A DNA stretch of 64,000 bases, taken from positions 36,169 through 100,168 of the forward strand of contig JAUSJG010000007.1 of the NCBI GenBank assembly GCA_030647555.1, read 5' to 3'. Under the pieces are notes generated by a model that saw nothing but the letters and a program-made list of their open reading frames with translations, was not told the DNA's origin and searched no databases. Of this stretch, positions 1 through 10,182 are shown one piece after another. A program made the position numbers and the translations under genes. This stretch comes from a bacterium. GTDB taxonomy: Bacteria; Patescibacteriota; Andersenbacteria; UBA10190; CAIZMI01. Each line of letters opens with the position of its first letter. Positions within the stretch are counted from its first letter, which is position 1.

Positions 1-98
1 TAAGCGACATTGGCCAACATTTGCAGTTCATCGTAGCGCTGTTTCAGTGATTCGTATTCCTCCATTATTTCCGCTTTTTTCATTTTTTCGATAGGCAT
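1..98 (-). CDS. Partial (5' end) hypothetical coiled-coil protein, runs off the window edge
   Basis: ATG at 98 reads MPIEKMKKAEIMEEYESLKQRYDELQMLANVA, open to the edge, with a heptad-like pattern. Confidence 0.6.
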   Translation of the reverse strand, partial: MPIEKMKKAEIMEEYESLKQRYDELQMLANVA

Positions 99-249
99 AA
101 TTTTCACGAGAAGGATTAGTACTGTGAGCTTATAACTGGACTTTGCGGTTGTCCAGACTAACAGCACTAACCAACACCACTCCCGAAGAAGTGCCTCGGA
201 ACCACTTCGGGAGTGAACACGACGATGAAATCACTCAGTCAATTCTTGT

Positions 250-1122
250 TTACGCTTTTCCAGCACTGCCCAATAGTTGCACTTTTGACGCTACTACTAC
301 TTGGACGGCCTTACGGACTGGTGTAAGTATTTTGCGAGGATCGACCGATACAATTTTTGTTTTTTCTTCATCATTCATTCCTTTTTCAATAGAATCATGA
401 AAAGCCTCACGCAACTCTGTGTCTATATTTACTTTCGCGATACCCATTTTTACTGCTTGAGTAATTTCCATTGGAGGTAACCCAGATGCGCCGTGGAGGA
501 CCAGTGGTACTTTCACGACCTTATGAATTTCTCGCAATCGTTCGAAGCGAATTTTTTCTTCGCCGCGAAACGCGCCATGAATTGTACCAACCGACACGGC
601 CAATGCATCTACGCCTGTTGCAACAACGAAATTAACAGCTTCCGTTGGATCAGTAAGCATCGATTCATCCATTTTTATATCGGAAGCGACCATTCCTTCT
701 TTACCTTGAATTGCGCCAATTTCTCCTTCCACCCAGACGTCATTTTGATGTGCTAATTCTACGACTTTTTTTGTTAAAGCAACATTTTCGTCGAATGATA
801 ATTTGGAACCATCGATCATCACTGACTTATAGCCGACGTGAATACATTTTTGAACAATTTCGAACGAACGACCATGGTCGAGATGAATAAATATTGGAAC
901 AGAAACTGATTTTGCGACATCACTAATAATGTCGCGCAATGTTTCTAATCCGGCGTATTCAATCGCGCTTTCAGAGGTTTGAATAATTCCCGGGGAGTTT
1001 TTTTCCTGCAGACCCCAAGCAATTGCTTGGGTCATTTCCAAATTTGATGTATTAAACGCCCCGAGTGCCCAACCTTCACGGAAGGCTTGTTCATATAAGG
1101 AATGTGGGTTTTTGATGAGCAT
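250..1122 (-). CDS. fba: Class II fructose-bisphosphate aldolase
   Basis: IHLDHG, SVMIDGS, VEGEIG, GTIHG, LVLHGASG, KVNIDTE motifs. Confidence 0.95.
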   Translation of the reverse strand: MLIKNPHSLYEQAFREGWALGAFNTSNLEMTQAIAWGLQEKNSPGIIQTSESAIEYAGLETLRDIISDVAKSVSVPIFIHLDHGRSFEIVQKCIHVGYKSVMIDGSKLSFDENVALTKKVVELAHQNDVWVEGEIGAIQGKEGMVASDIKMDESMLTDPTEAVNFVVATGVDALAVSVGTIHGAFRGEEKIRFERLREIHKVVKVPLVLHGASGLPPMEITQAVKMGIAKVNIDTELREAFHDSIEKGMNDEEKTKIVSVDPRKILTPVRKAVQVVVASKVQLLGSAGKA

Positions 1123-1144
1123 GGTATATAAAATATTATTTTTG

Positions 1145-1270
1145 AGATTGCTTCCACCCTTCGCCTCTTGGCTACGGAGTGGCAGGCGGCGCTGAAGTGC
1201 CTCGCAAAGACGGACGCTTACTCTTACTCACTAAAACCCACCCCCGCCCTCCTTTAACAAAGGAGGGAAT
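1145..1270. repeat. REP/RPE-like palindromes (GAGATTGCTTC...CTCGCAAAGAC; CCCTCCTTT-AAC-AAAGGAGGG)
   Basis: Inverted repeats; related copies at 8846-8907, 55111-55159, 9700-9737 and 21820-21856. Confidence 0.7.
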
Positions 1271-1276
1271 CGCCGA

Positions 1277-2053
1277 CTACGCTAAACTCGCGACCTCGCG
1301 GATTATGGCTACTAACTCGGCTGGTTTAGTGGACGCGCCACCAACTAACGCTCCATCTACACCCGGTTCGGACACAAACTTCTTTACCGTTTTCGCGGTT
1401 ACGCTACCACCGTATAAAACGCGCATCTTGTCCATATATTTATTGCCACCCGCTTCGGAAATTATTTTGCGAATAAGATTAATAATTTCTGCCACTTCTT
1501 GTGCTTCGGGTTGCGGTGCTTCCAGTCCCGGCCCCGCACTGATTGCCCAAACCGGTTCGTAGGCAAAGGTGATCCGCGGAAAATCCAGCAGTGAAATATC
1601 AGCCAACACCCTTCTAACTTGTTCCCGAATTTTTTCGATCGTTTTCTCTGCTTCATGTTCTTCAAAAGATTCCCCGACGCAAATAATCGGATGAATACCA
1701 TTTTTAAGCGCCAGTTTAGTTTTTAGGGCAACAATTTCGTCTGTATCACCGTGGTATTTTCGTCTTTCGGAATGACCAACAATACAGTGACGAACATAGT
1801 CTTTTACCTCACTAACTGACACATCGCCCGTATATGCACCGGACTCCATGAAATGAATGTCTTGGGCTGCAATCTCCACCGTGCTTCCGTTACAAATTTC
1901 TTTTATCGCGGACAAAAGAGGATAGGAAGGGCTGATAATAACGTCCACTGGTTCATCGCGTAATATTTTTACTAAGCTCTGTGCGGCGGCGATGGACGCT
2001 TTCGCGTCTAAATACATTTTCCAGTTTGCGACTATTAGGGGTTTGCGTTGCAT
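1277..2053 (-). CDS. tpiA: Triosephosphate isomerase
   Basis: ANWKM, GAYTG, VGHSERR, AYEPVWAI, LYGGSV, ALVGGAS; start placed at MQRK. Confidence 0.95.
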   Translation of the reverse strand: MQRKPLIVANWKMYLDAKASIAAAQSLVKILRDEPVDVIISPSYPLLSAIKEICNGSTVEIAAQDIHFMESGAYTGDVSVSEVKDYVRHCIVGHSERRKYHGDTDEIVALKTKLALKNGIHPIICVGESFEEHEAEKTIEKIREQVRRVLADISLLDFPRITFAYEPVWAISAGPGLEAPQPEAQEVAEIINLIRKIISEAGGNKYMDKMRVLYGGSVTAKTVKKFVSEPGVDGALVGGASTKPAELVAIIREVASLA

Positions 2054-2087
2054 GTTGTTTGTTAAAACTAAATCATCTTTCTTTGAC

Positions 2088-2129
2088 CAGGGACCGACCT
2101 TGGACAAACCTGTCCAAGGTCGGTCCCTG
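2088..2129. repeat. GGTCGGAC/GGACCGACC-family palindrome
   Basis: CAGGGACCGACCTTGGACA/TGTCCAAGGTCGGTCCCTG; family also at 7500-7602, 40830-40910, 50739-50942, 60637-60680 and 61761-61810. Confidence 0.8.
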
Positions 2130-2130
2130 G

Positions 2131-3171
2131 TCAGAATTGGCCCCGTAAATACTCGGCGTCATCTTCCGGCAGAGTTGTACTAATTTCCACTCCCGTGGCC
2201 ATTTCGAACCCGGCCGACATTTGCATTCTTGGCAAGATATGAATCTGCCAATGAAAGTGCGCGTATTGATCTCGCGGATAATATGAGCCGGTGTCATCAC
2301 ACGGCGAGGAATAAAGATACATATTATATGCCGGATTATCAAAACCCTTATTCAGTCCTCCCGTGGCCCGCTTGAGCACTTCAACTAGTTGAGGTAATTC
2401 CAAATCGGTTAATCTTTCAAAACCGGCATGATGCTCTTTGGGAAGAATCCATTGTTCATAACTAACACGCGGTGCAAAGGGGGCCAACAAAATAAATAAA
2501 TCATTTTCAAAAATAACCCGCGTTTTTTCACGGCGTTCAAATTGGACAATATCGCAATAACCACAATGTTTGTTTTTCTGAAAATATCTTTCCGCCCCGT
2601 CCAACAAATCCAAAACCTCATCAGTGGGAATAATCGGTAAAGCAAAAATTTGCCCATGAATGTGTTCCAAAGACGCGCCTGCACCCTGCAAATGATTCTC
2701 AATTACTTGCACGTAGTTTACCGTTGGTTTTTTTGTAAAATACAGATAACGATCGCGCAATGCTTTCAAAAAATACATTAGATCTGTTTCGGAAGACTTG
2801 TATGGATAACCGTTATGCTCACGGCCTACCACCACCTCGTGAAAACCAACCCCCTCCATGGCGCGATATAAACCTTCCTGCCTTTCCGCGACGGTGTCTT
2901 TTTCAATAAAAGCCGGATATTTATTGGGAAAAACACGGACCCGCCAGTCCTCTGTGTTTGGTAAATCCAATGTCGTCGGTTTCTGTGGAAATTTATCTTG
3001 ATTACAGAACGGACAATCCGGTTTATAGTTAGGAATTTCTTCCTTCATTTCGTGCCCCTTATTAAAATCCTCCGGTTTTTTCGTCCGCGCAGTCGCCAAA
3101 ACAACCCATTTCCCCGTTATTGGATCCTGCCGAAGTTCCGAATCTTTAAATGACTTGGTGGAATGGGTCAT
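2131..3171 (-). CDS. galT: Galactose-1-phosphate uridylyltransferase (GalT family)
   Basis: ELRQDP, CPFC, FPNKYPA, GASLEHIHGQ, FHWQIHILPR; start estimated. Confidence 0.88.
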   Translation of the reverse strand: MTHSTKSFKDSELRQDPITGKWVVLATARTKKPEDFNKGHEMKEEIPNYKPDCPFCNQDKFPQKPTTLDLPNTEDWRVRVFPNKYPAFIEKDTVAERQEGLYRAMEGVGFHEVVVGREHNGYPYKSSETDLMYFLKALRDRYLYFTKKPTVNYVQVIENHLQGAGASLEHIHGQIFALPIIPTDEVLDLLDGAERYFQKNKHCGYCDIVQFERREKTRVIFENDLFILLAPFAPRVSYEQWILPKEHHAGFERLTDLELPQLVEVLKRATGGLNKGFDNPAYNMYLYSSPCDDTGSYYPRDQYAHFHWQIHILPRMQMSAGFEMATGVEISTTLPEDDAEYLRGQF

Positions 3172-3961
3172 CGTATATTTTGCGCCAAATATTTCGTCGA
3201 ATCCGAAAAACTTCCCCCAATACTTCAATATATGCGCCAGCCGACACGCGACTATTTGGATCGTTTAGCCAAACTACCGGTGCTTCTTTCATCTTAAAAC
3301 CAAGCCGTTGTGCCACCGCCAAAATTTCAACGTCAAATCCCCAGCGATCGATAGTTAGACGAGGACAAATTTTTTCCACTGATGCGCCCGTAAACATCTT
3401 AAACCCACACTGCGTATCATGAATACCTCGTACGGCCATTATCTGAATCAAGAGGTTCCCCATCTGTCCCGCTAACTCCTTATACCAAGCTTGATGAATT
3501 TCTACATCCGAATCACTCAAGTGACGCGAGCCAATCACAATATCATATCCCTGTTCCTTAAAATATGGGAAAAAACGGTCAACATGATCGATGGAAGTAG
3601 AATTATCCGCATCCATAAAGACTCGATATTTACCAACAGCTTGCATTAAGCCATATCGAACGGCGTAGCCCTTGCCGTGATTCTTCGCGTCAGGATACTG
3701 GACAGCCTCAAATTTCTGAATTCCTTTTATCGCACCGGCCTGCACTTGCGTCTTGGTGGCAAAATCACGCACCACATCACTTGTTTTGTCTTTTGAACCA
3801 TCGTCTACCACCAATATCTCGGATGAATAATTCTGCTTTTGCAAAAACGCAACAACACTCTTTAGTGTTTCCGGGAGTCGTTTTTCCTCGTTATAAGCGG
3901 GAATGATGACGGAGAGGTAGGTGGTAGCTTGTTTTTCCACCGGGTTTGATGTTTCAGACAT
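3146..3961 (-). CDS. GT2 dolichyl-phosphate beta-glucosyltransferase-like glycosyltransferase
   Basis: SVIIPAYNE, VDDGS, GKGYAV, FMDAD, DTQCGFK, WGFDVE. Confidence 0.9.
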   Translation of the reverse strand: MSETSNPVEKQATTYLSVIIPAYNEEKRLPETLKSVVAFLQKQNYSSEILVVDDGSKDKTSDVVRDFATKTQVQAGAIKGIQKFEAVQYPDAKNHGKGYAVRYGLMQAVGKYRVFMDADNSTSIDHVDRFFPYFKEQGYDIVIGSRHLSDSDVEIHQAWYKELAGQMGNLLIQIMAVRGIHDTQCGFKMFTGASVEKICPRLTIDRWGFDVEILAVAQRLGFKMKEAPVVWLNDPNSRVSAGAYIEVLGEVFRIRRNIWRKIYDDPFHQVI

Positions 3962-4006
3962 GGCTAGATTATAACATGACTTTCGATTGACATAAAATGC
4001 CGAAAA

Positions 4007-4130
4007 AATTATCAATTTTCAATGGCCAATTTTCAATTAATGTTCAAACTCCAATTTTCAAACAACGACGTCGTAATTGATAATTGAGCCATTGATAATT
4101 AATTGAAAATTGGGAATTGATAATTGAAAA
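4007..4130. repeat. AT-rich heptamer-built palindromic element (AATTTTC/AATTATC ... GATAATT/GAAAATT)
   Basis: Imperfect inverted repeat; similar cores at 36660-36810, 42238-42358 and inside r-protein spacers. Confidence 0.8.
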
Positions 4131-4532
4131 TTATCTTTTCCTGTTTTTCTCCAACCAAGTCTCCAGCAACAACCGCGCCGCTTCCGCGTCCGGACTCTTC
4201 ATCCCTTTCATTCGTGCCGCCATCGCGCTGGATTTGGTGGAAAAACGTTCGTCCACAAATTCTAATGGCAACCCGAGGTTATTCGTTAACTCATTGCCAA
4301 AAGACCGCACAATCGATGCCTGCGGGCCCTCTTGGCCGTCTAAAGACAACGGTAAACCCAGCAAAATTCTTTCCACGCGTTCATTGTTTGCAACCCGCCG
4401 GATTGCCTCAAAACATTCATTACGCGGTTCGGCCGGAACGGTTTTTAATGCCAACGCAAATTTTTGGTCGGTATCGGTAATCGCCAACCCCACCCGCACC
4501 GACCCGTAATCAATTGCCAGTACTGTACCCAT
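4131..4532 (-). CDS. yqgF: YqgF/RuvX pre-16S rRNA maturation nuclease
   Basis: LAIDYGSVRVGLA, GLPL, DERFST motifs. Confidence 0.9.
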   Translation of the reverse strand: MGTVLAIDYGSVRVGLAITDTDQKFALALKTVPAEPRNECFEAIRRVANNERVERILLGLPLSLDGQEGPQASIVRSFGNELTNNLGLPLEFVDERFSTKSSAMAARMKGMKSPDAEAARLLLETWLEKNRKR

Positions 4533-5314
4533 TATTTTGTCGTTGTGAGCACGCGCGTTCCGTCTTTCGTAATCGCGACAGTTACCTCTTCATGCGCGGA
4601 AAACTTCCCGTCTTCAGTCAATACTGTCCAACCGTCATCGGCCGTTACAATTTCTTTTTTACCCATATTCACCATTGGTTCAATGGCGATAACCGTACCG
4701 ATTGGCAATGAAACGCCTTGTCCTTTTCGGCCATAATTTGGCACGTTCGGCGCTTCATGAAGCGCAAAACCCACGCCGTGACCGACCATCTCGCGCACCA
4801 CCGAATAACCGGCTTTTTCCGCCACTTTCTGCACCGACGCGCCAATTTCACCCGTTGTAACATTTGGTTTAACCACGTCGATTGCGGCTTGAAGTGATTG
4901 CTTTGTCGTAGCAATTAAACTTTTCGACGCCGATGAAATTTTTCCCACCCCAACCGTCATTGCCGTATCCGTATAAAGTCCGTCGTAAAGACAACCAATA
5001 TCCAAACTGACAATGTCACCTTCTTCCAAAGGTTGATCATTAGGAATCCCGTGAACCACCGCGCTGTTTACCGAAACACACAAAGTTGCCGGGAAGGCTT
5101 CTACCGCTTCTCCCGACGGAGAATAATTTTTAAAAGCCGGTTGTGCGCCTTTTTCCAAAAGTTTCTTTTCGGCCGTTTGATCTAATTCAATACCTGTGAT
5201 CCCAGGCTTTACCATTCCCGCCACTTCTTCCAAAACAGTACGCAAAATTTTTCCACCTTTAGCCATTCGCTCGATTTCTTCGGTGGTTTTTAATTTTATT
5301 TCTAATTTGTTCAT
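4532..5314 (-). CDS. map: Methionine aminopeptidase type I
   Basis: SVNSAVVHGIP, DIG..DTA, GHGVG..LHE, IAIEPM, SAHEE. Confidence 0.96.
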   Translation of the reverse strand: MNKLEIKLKTTEEIERMAKGGKILRTVLEEVAGMVKPGITGIELDQTAEKKLLEKGAQPAFKNYSPSGEAVEAFPATLCVSVNSAVVHGIPNDQPLEEGDIVSLDIGCLYDGLYTDTAMTVGVGKISSASKSLIATTKQSLQAAIDVVKPNVTTGEIGASVQKVAEKAGYSVVREMVGHGVGFALHEAPNVPNYGRKGQGVSLPIGTVIAIEPMVNMGKKEIVTADDGWTVLTEDGKFSAHEEVTVAITKDGTRVLTTTK

Positions 5315-5976
5315 AATCCCAGTCTTTTTCTTATCACTTTTTCCACATCTTCAGCAACTTCCGTGATTGGGCGAGCACCATCAATATGCTCACTTAAACC
5401 AAGACTATCAAGATAATTGATTACCGGCTGAGTGCGATATTTGAATTCCTCCCAGCGATTTTCCATTGCTTCCGGAACATCGTCGACACGCTTCACCAAC
5501 TGAGCACCGCATTTTTGACATTTTTCTGTTCCAACTATCGCGGGCGTATTACATTTTTCACAAACCATTCTTACCAACAGACGCTCGCGCGCATTCATAA
5601 TCGGTATATCCAAACAAATTGCCAAAATTTTTCCAACATGGTCTTTACCCAATTCAGCCAAAAGCGCTTCTACTTCATACAAAGTCCTGGGCGATCCATC
5701 AAACACAACCCCGTTTCCGCGAGCAAGAATCTCCTTCGTTTTTCCAACAACAATTTCAACCACAATTGGCGGAGGGGCCAAGGTGCCGGCATCAATTATT
5801 GCCGTGATCATTTTAGCAACCTCGGTCGACTCTGTTCGCATCGAACGCAAAATTTTCCCGGTTTCAATTCTTTCAAAACCGAGGCGTTCCTGAACAAAAC
5901 GCGCCTGGGTTCCCTTTCCGGACCCCGGTGCGCCCATGAACATAATTACTCCTTTACCTTTTTTGGAATTTTCCAT
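5311..5976 (-). CDS. adk: Adenylate kinase (Zn lid)
   Basis: GAPGSGKGTQ, DGSPR, CxxC..CxxC, RVDD. Confidence 0.93.
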   Translation of the reverse strand: MENSKKGKGVIMFMGAPGSGKGTQARFVQERLGFERIETGKILRSMRTESTEVAKMITAIIDAGTLAPPPIVVEIVVGKTKEILARGNGVVFDGSPRTLYEVEALLAELGKDHVGKILAICLDIPIMNARERLLVRMVCEKCNTPAIVGTEKCQKCGAQLVKRVDDVPEAMENRWEEFKYRTQPVINYLDSLGLSEHIDGARPITEVAEDVEKVIRKRLGL

Positions 5977-6029
5977 CGCGCCCATAGAATAACTTGATTT
6001 TTATTTTTGAGCAAGAAACACTACTTTTA

Positions 6030-6155
6030 AACCCCAAATCCCAATGTCCAATGTCCAACAAAATCACAAATCCAAAAACCCAAAACGACGTGTTTTTGGG
6101 ATTTAGATAATTTAGGATTTTGTTGAGGTTTGGGGTTTGAAAATTGGGATTTTCA
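6030..6155. repeat. CCAAATCCCAATGTCCAA ... TTGGGATTT palindromic element
   Basis: Similar elements at 9528-9680 and 16680-16810. Confidence 0.75.
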
Positions 6156-6158
6156 GCC

Positions 6159-7454
6159 TCAGCTGTTCTCGTACTCGCGCATCGTCAACTGCGCGTCGAT
6201 TTGTTTCATTGTTTCAAGAATAACGGACACGACGATGAGCAAGCCTGTGCCACCAACCGTCAAAGTGCTCATTTTTGTAAAACCCTGTGCGACTAATGGC
6301 AAGACCGCGATTATCCCTAGGAAAAGCGCGCCGGCTAATGTAATTCTGTTTGTAACGGCCTTCAGGTAAAGCATGGTCGCGTGACCAGGACGAATCCCCG
6401 GCACGAACCCGCCCTGTTTCTGCAAGTGTTCGGCAATACGTTTCGGATCAAATGTAACGGCGGTATAAAAATAAGTAAACACAACAACAAGCAAGAAGTA
6501 GAAAATGCCATAGAAGGCACTGTTATTAAACAAACCCACAACACTGCGAGAAATTTCCGCGATTATGGTAATTGAGGATGTTGCGAAAAATTGTGCGATC
6601 ACTCCTGGAAATAAAAGAAGTGACAAAGCGAAAATAATTGGAATGACGCCGGCCTGATTAACACGCAACGGCAAGTGAGTTGATACCCCACCCATTAATT
6701 TTCCACCACGAACGCGTTTGGCATAACTGACCGGAATATTACGCTGGGCTTCTGTCACAAAAACGACACCGGCCGTAACTACAACGGCAATCAGCAAAAA
6801 CACCAAATAAACCGGAATTTTGGTCGGATCATACAATGAAACGGTTTGCTGTAACGATTGTGGAAGTTGCGCGATAATACCGACAAAAATAATCAACGAA
6901 GCACCATTGCCCAGTCCTTGTTCGGTAATAATTTCACCAAGCCACATCAGCAATATTGACCCAGCCGTGACGGTAATAATTGTGATGGCCATTTCGAGTG
7001 GCGTGAAAGTGAGTTGTGCGCCAACACCGCCGGAAGCGGACCCACGCTGTAAAATTGTCAGGAAACCAAAAGCCTGCACGATACCAAGCGGTACCGCCAT
7101 AAGCCTAGTATACATTTGAATTTTTTGACGACCGGCTTCCCCTTCTTCCCGTTGTAACTGTTCAAACTTTGGAATAATAACAGTGAGCAACTGCATTACA
7201 ATCGAAGCCGTGATGTACGGACCAACTCCAAGCATTGCCAAAGATAGTCTCGACAAACCGCCTCCGGAAAAGATGTTCAAGAGACCGATAAGATTATTTC
7301 CTTCAAAGAAACGCCTTAAGCTTTCCGCCTCAATCCCGGGAACTGGGATATGAGAAGCGATACGAAAAACCACTAACAGCCCAATCATGATTAAAAGTTT
7401 TTTTCTAAGATCGGGAGCCTTGAATAAGGCACTAAAACGGGCAAATGGTTGCAT
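6159..7454 (-). CDS. secY: Preprotein translocase SecY
   Basis: LGVGPYITASI, GLGNGASLII, AGVIPIIFA, GIRPG, GGTGLLIVV. Confidence 0.97.
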   Translation of the reverse strand: MQPFARFSALFKAPDLRKKLLIMIGLLVVFRIASHIPVPGIEAESLRRFFEGNNLIGLLNIFSGGGLSRLSLAMLGVGPYITASIVMQLLTVIIPKFEQLQREEGEAGRQKIQMYTRLMAVPLGIVQAFGFLTILQRGSASGGVGAQLTFTPLEMAITIITVTAGSILLMWLGEIITEQGLGNGASLIIFVGIIAQLPQSLQQTVSLYDPTKIPVYLVFLLIAVVVTAGVVFVTEAQRNIPVSYAKRVRGGKLMGGVSTHLPLRVNQAGVIPIIFALSLLLFPGVIAQFFATSSITIIAEISRSVVGLFNNSAFYGIFYFLLVVVFTYFYTAVTFDPKRIAEHLQKQGGFVPGIRPGHATMLYLKAVTNRITLAGALFLGIIAVLPLVAQGFTKMSTLTVGGTGLLIVVSVILETMKQIDAQLTMREYENS

Positions 7455-7660
7455 ACCCAAACATGATAGGATATTTATGACTTTTTTGCCAGTGTATTGA
7501 GGTCGGACATCGCGCTAGGGTCGGACTTTGTGAAAGGTCCGACCCTCATTGGTAGCGCCGTAGACCAATCAAGGTCGGACCCCTTCGCGGAGTCCGACCT
7601 TGAACAAAAAAATCGGGTGCTCGCAAATTGCGAACACCCGTTGACTCGACTCTCGAAAAG

Positions 7661-8461
7661 CTACACTTGCACGACCGCCTGCTCGCGACGCTCCTTGTCG
7701 GCGATGACGGCCTCGAGCGCCCCGAGGCTTAAACTCCCAGGACACTTTGTGTGAAACCGTACATCTTCCGGACCGACCTGCATCGGATTGGGATCAGAAC
7801 CGGTATTGAACACAAACAGCATATAGCGATCGTCAGCCAACCTATATGTTTTGTGCACCTCCGGGTTTTTTCGGTCACCACGGACTTCACTGAAAATCAG
7901 CTCTCCTTCATCCATGGCACGAGACCGATCCTCGACGATGTACTCGACAACTAATCCCTCGACAGTAGTTCTCGTTTTGACAATTTCCTTTTGGCGCTTT
8001 TCTTCCGCTTCGAACTTCACCGAGGCTTCATCGGAGATGCGTCGCGCCAAACGCGCACGCAATTCGGATTCGTGAGACCCATCGGATTCGGGAACCACAG
8101 CCTTCTTTTCCCGCCAATCATCTCCCAGTTCCTTCAGGCAAGCGGCAAATTCCTCATTCTGCCTCATGTGTCGCACAAACATCCTGTTGGCCTCTTCGAT
8201 GACCTCGGGCAGTGTTTCCGGGTGAATAAACGACAGAGTCTCGAAATGGCGACGACCATACTTCTGAATAAATAGGGTTGAATCATTCGGATCGTTCGGA
8301 TTCCACACGGAGGATGAAACCAACTCCCTCCGATTTTCTTCATCATCTAGTACGTTCATAACCCACCTCCAGATGAAGCCGATCAAAACAGCCGTCCCCC
8401 AAAAACCGAACCACACAAAAGCAAACCACCAGCCCACATTCGGATTCTCTAGACTAAACAT
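7661..8461 (-). CDS. Hypothetical protein with N-terminal TM helix
   Basis: 266-aa ORF with a Trp/Phe-rich TM segment and AAGGGGTAGGGGG upstream. Confidence 0.65.
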   Translation of the reverse strand: MFSLENPNVGWWFAFVWFGFWGTAVLIGFIWRWVMNVLDDEENRRELVSSSVWNPNDPNDSTLFIQKYGRRHFETLSFIHPETLPEVIEEANRMFVRHMRQNEEFAACLKELGDDWREKKAVVPESDGSHESELRARLARRISDEASVKFEAEEKRQKEIVKTRTTVEGLVVEYIVEDRSRAMDEGELIFSEVRGDRKNPEVHKTYRLADDRYMLFVFNTGSDPNPMQVGPEDVRFHTKCPGSLSLGALEAVIADKERREQAVVQV

Positions 8462-8916
8462 AACCCCCTACCCTTTTACCGAGACCCGCTCGGCACGGTT
8501 CCGTCATATAGGCGGAAAACTTGCTCCCGTTTACGTATCCGCGTATAGCGAACTTTGGGAGCGACCAAACAAACCCACCGGCATTAAACGCCAGCGAGTA
8601 ACTACTCTCAATTTATGCAATTTGGGAAAATACAGACAGATAAATCAGCCCCTAATTATACTCCCAAACAGAGTTTTTGTAAATAGTGTGGGATTTTTAG
8701 GGATTTTATTAGCTTGGGTTGGCTGATTTTTACGAACATTGACGAACGACGACACATTAAGGAGTATCCTGCGAAAGGATACTCCTTAAACGGACGTGAC
8801 AACCAAAACGAGAGCGCGTGAGCGCTCTCGTTTCTATTATTACTTGAGATTGCCCGCCCCTTCAGGGGCGAGGCTCGCCCAGATGGGCGGCTTCGGCCTC
8901 GCAAAGACTACGCTGA

Positions 8917-9444
8917 CTATTTCGTCTTAGTGTAAAATCCGTCGCACTTGTTGGCGGCCCAGAATCCACGCTTTGCGGCTTTTGCTTCTTTTTCAAATTT
9001 CATAAATGTTTTTTGGTAGAACGATGGCTTCTTGGCATTAACGGCTTTTGCGTAACCGTCGCGAATCATCATTGTGCCAAAAACGCGCCCGTCTTCCATC
9101 ACGACATTGCGAAGCAAGTTGCCGTTCTTGTCTTCATTGCCCTGTGTTTCGTCCTCAATTAATGTCACAAACGCGCTTTCGGCGATTTTCTTGGCGCGTA
9201 CCCACGAGTCTTTGCTGTAGCACTGCGCTTTCGTCGTTGCCGTCAGGCGATCCGGCGCGTCCATCCCGATTACCTTCACGAATTTGGAATCGCCATTTAT
9301 GGAAACCTGCAGCCAATCACCGCTCAACACCGACAACACTTTGACATGTTCGTCCTTGTGCGGTGCCGCCACAACCGGCATAATTGGAAAAAGGCTCGCC
9401 ACAAATGAGAGTGAAACGACACTTGCTGCTAGCTTCTTAAACAT
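8917..9444 (-). CDS. Secreted thermonuclease (SNase/YncB-like)
   Basis: Signal peptide MFKKLAAS; SGD, VIGMDAPD, DKNGNLLR, GYAKA, AKAAKRGFW. Confidence 0.8.
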   Translation of the reverse strand: MFKKLAASVVSLSFVASLFPIMPVVAAPHKDEHVKVLSVLSGDWLQVSINGDSKFVKVIGMDAPDRLTATTKAQCYSKDSWVRAKKIAESAFVTLIEDETQGNEDKNGNLLRNVVMEDGRVFGTMMIRDGYAKAVNAKKPSFYQKTFMKFEKEAKAAKRGFWAANKCDGFYTKTK

Positions 9445-9740
9445 AGTTTGTGTTTGATTAATAATATTACCTGTAAATTGTAGCACAAACCGAAAGACGG
9501 TACCTGTTGATAAAGCAGTACTTTTAAATTCCAAACCCCAATGACCCAGCCGTCGCTAAAGCTATGGCCGGCAGGCCAATGTCCAACAAAATCCTAAACA
9601 CACTAAAACCCAAAGACGCGTTTTGGGATTTAGGAAATTATGGTTTTGTTGGGATTTGGGGTTTGGACATTGGGATTTTTGAGGCCATTTGTCCCCGTCC
9701 AAATCTCCCCTCGCCCCTCTTTGAAAAAGAGGGGAACACT

Positions 9741-10181
9741 TTATTTTTTTATGCCTACCGACCCGCCGGCTTTTTCGATTTTTTCCTTCGCGGATTTGGA
9801 AATTGGCAAGTTGATTTTTAATGCTTTGGTAATTTCGCCATCTCCCAAAACTTTGACAGGATATTCACCCGGATTAATGAGACCATTGGCAGTAAGAGAT
9901 TTCAAATCGACAGTTGCACCGGCCGGAAAAACGCGCTCCAAATCCATAATATTGATGGCTTTGGTTGGCGGTTTTTGCTTGCGAGAAATACCGCGAGTTT
10001 TTGGTAAACGTTGATAGATTGGTGTTTGACCACCTTCGAAACCGGCACGAATACGGGCTCCGGCACGGGATTTTTGACCTTTTGTACCGCGACCACTGGT
10101 CTTACCGGTACCAGAAGAAATACCGCGTCCTAGACGCTTTTTTCGGATCTTCTTCCCTATTCTTAATGAATCATGTCGCAT
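9741..10181 (-). CDS. rplO: 50S ribosomal protein uL15
   Basis: RLGRGISSGTGKTSGRGTKGQKSR, GFEGGQTP. Confidence 0.97.
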   Translation of the reverse strand: MRHDSLRIGKKIRKKRLGRGISSGTGKTSGRGTKGQKSRAGARIRAGFEGGQTPIYQRLPKTRGISRKQKPPTKAINIMDLERVFPAGATVDLKSLTANGLINPGEYPVKVLGDGEITKALKINLPISKSAKEKIEKAGGSVGIKK

Positions 10182-10182
10182 T

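Noticed and set aside
8656-8904. 82-aa ORF downstream of the SNase gene, and plus-strand ORFs 9564-9821, 16753-17091 and 41322-41564
   Set aside because: Translations of palindromic repeats without stop-to-start bridging geometry on the coding strand.
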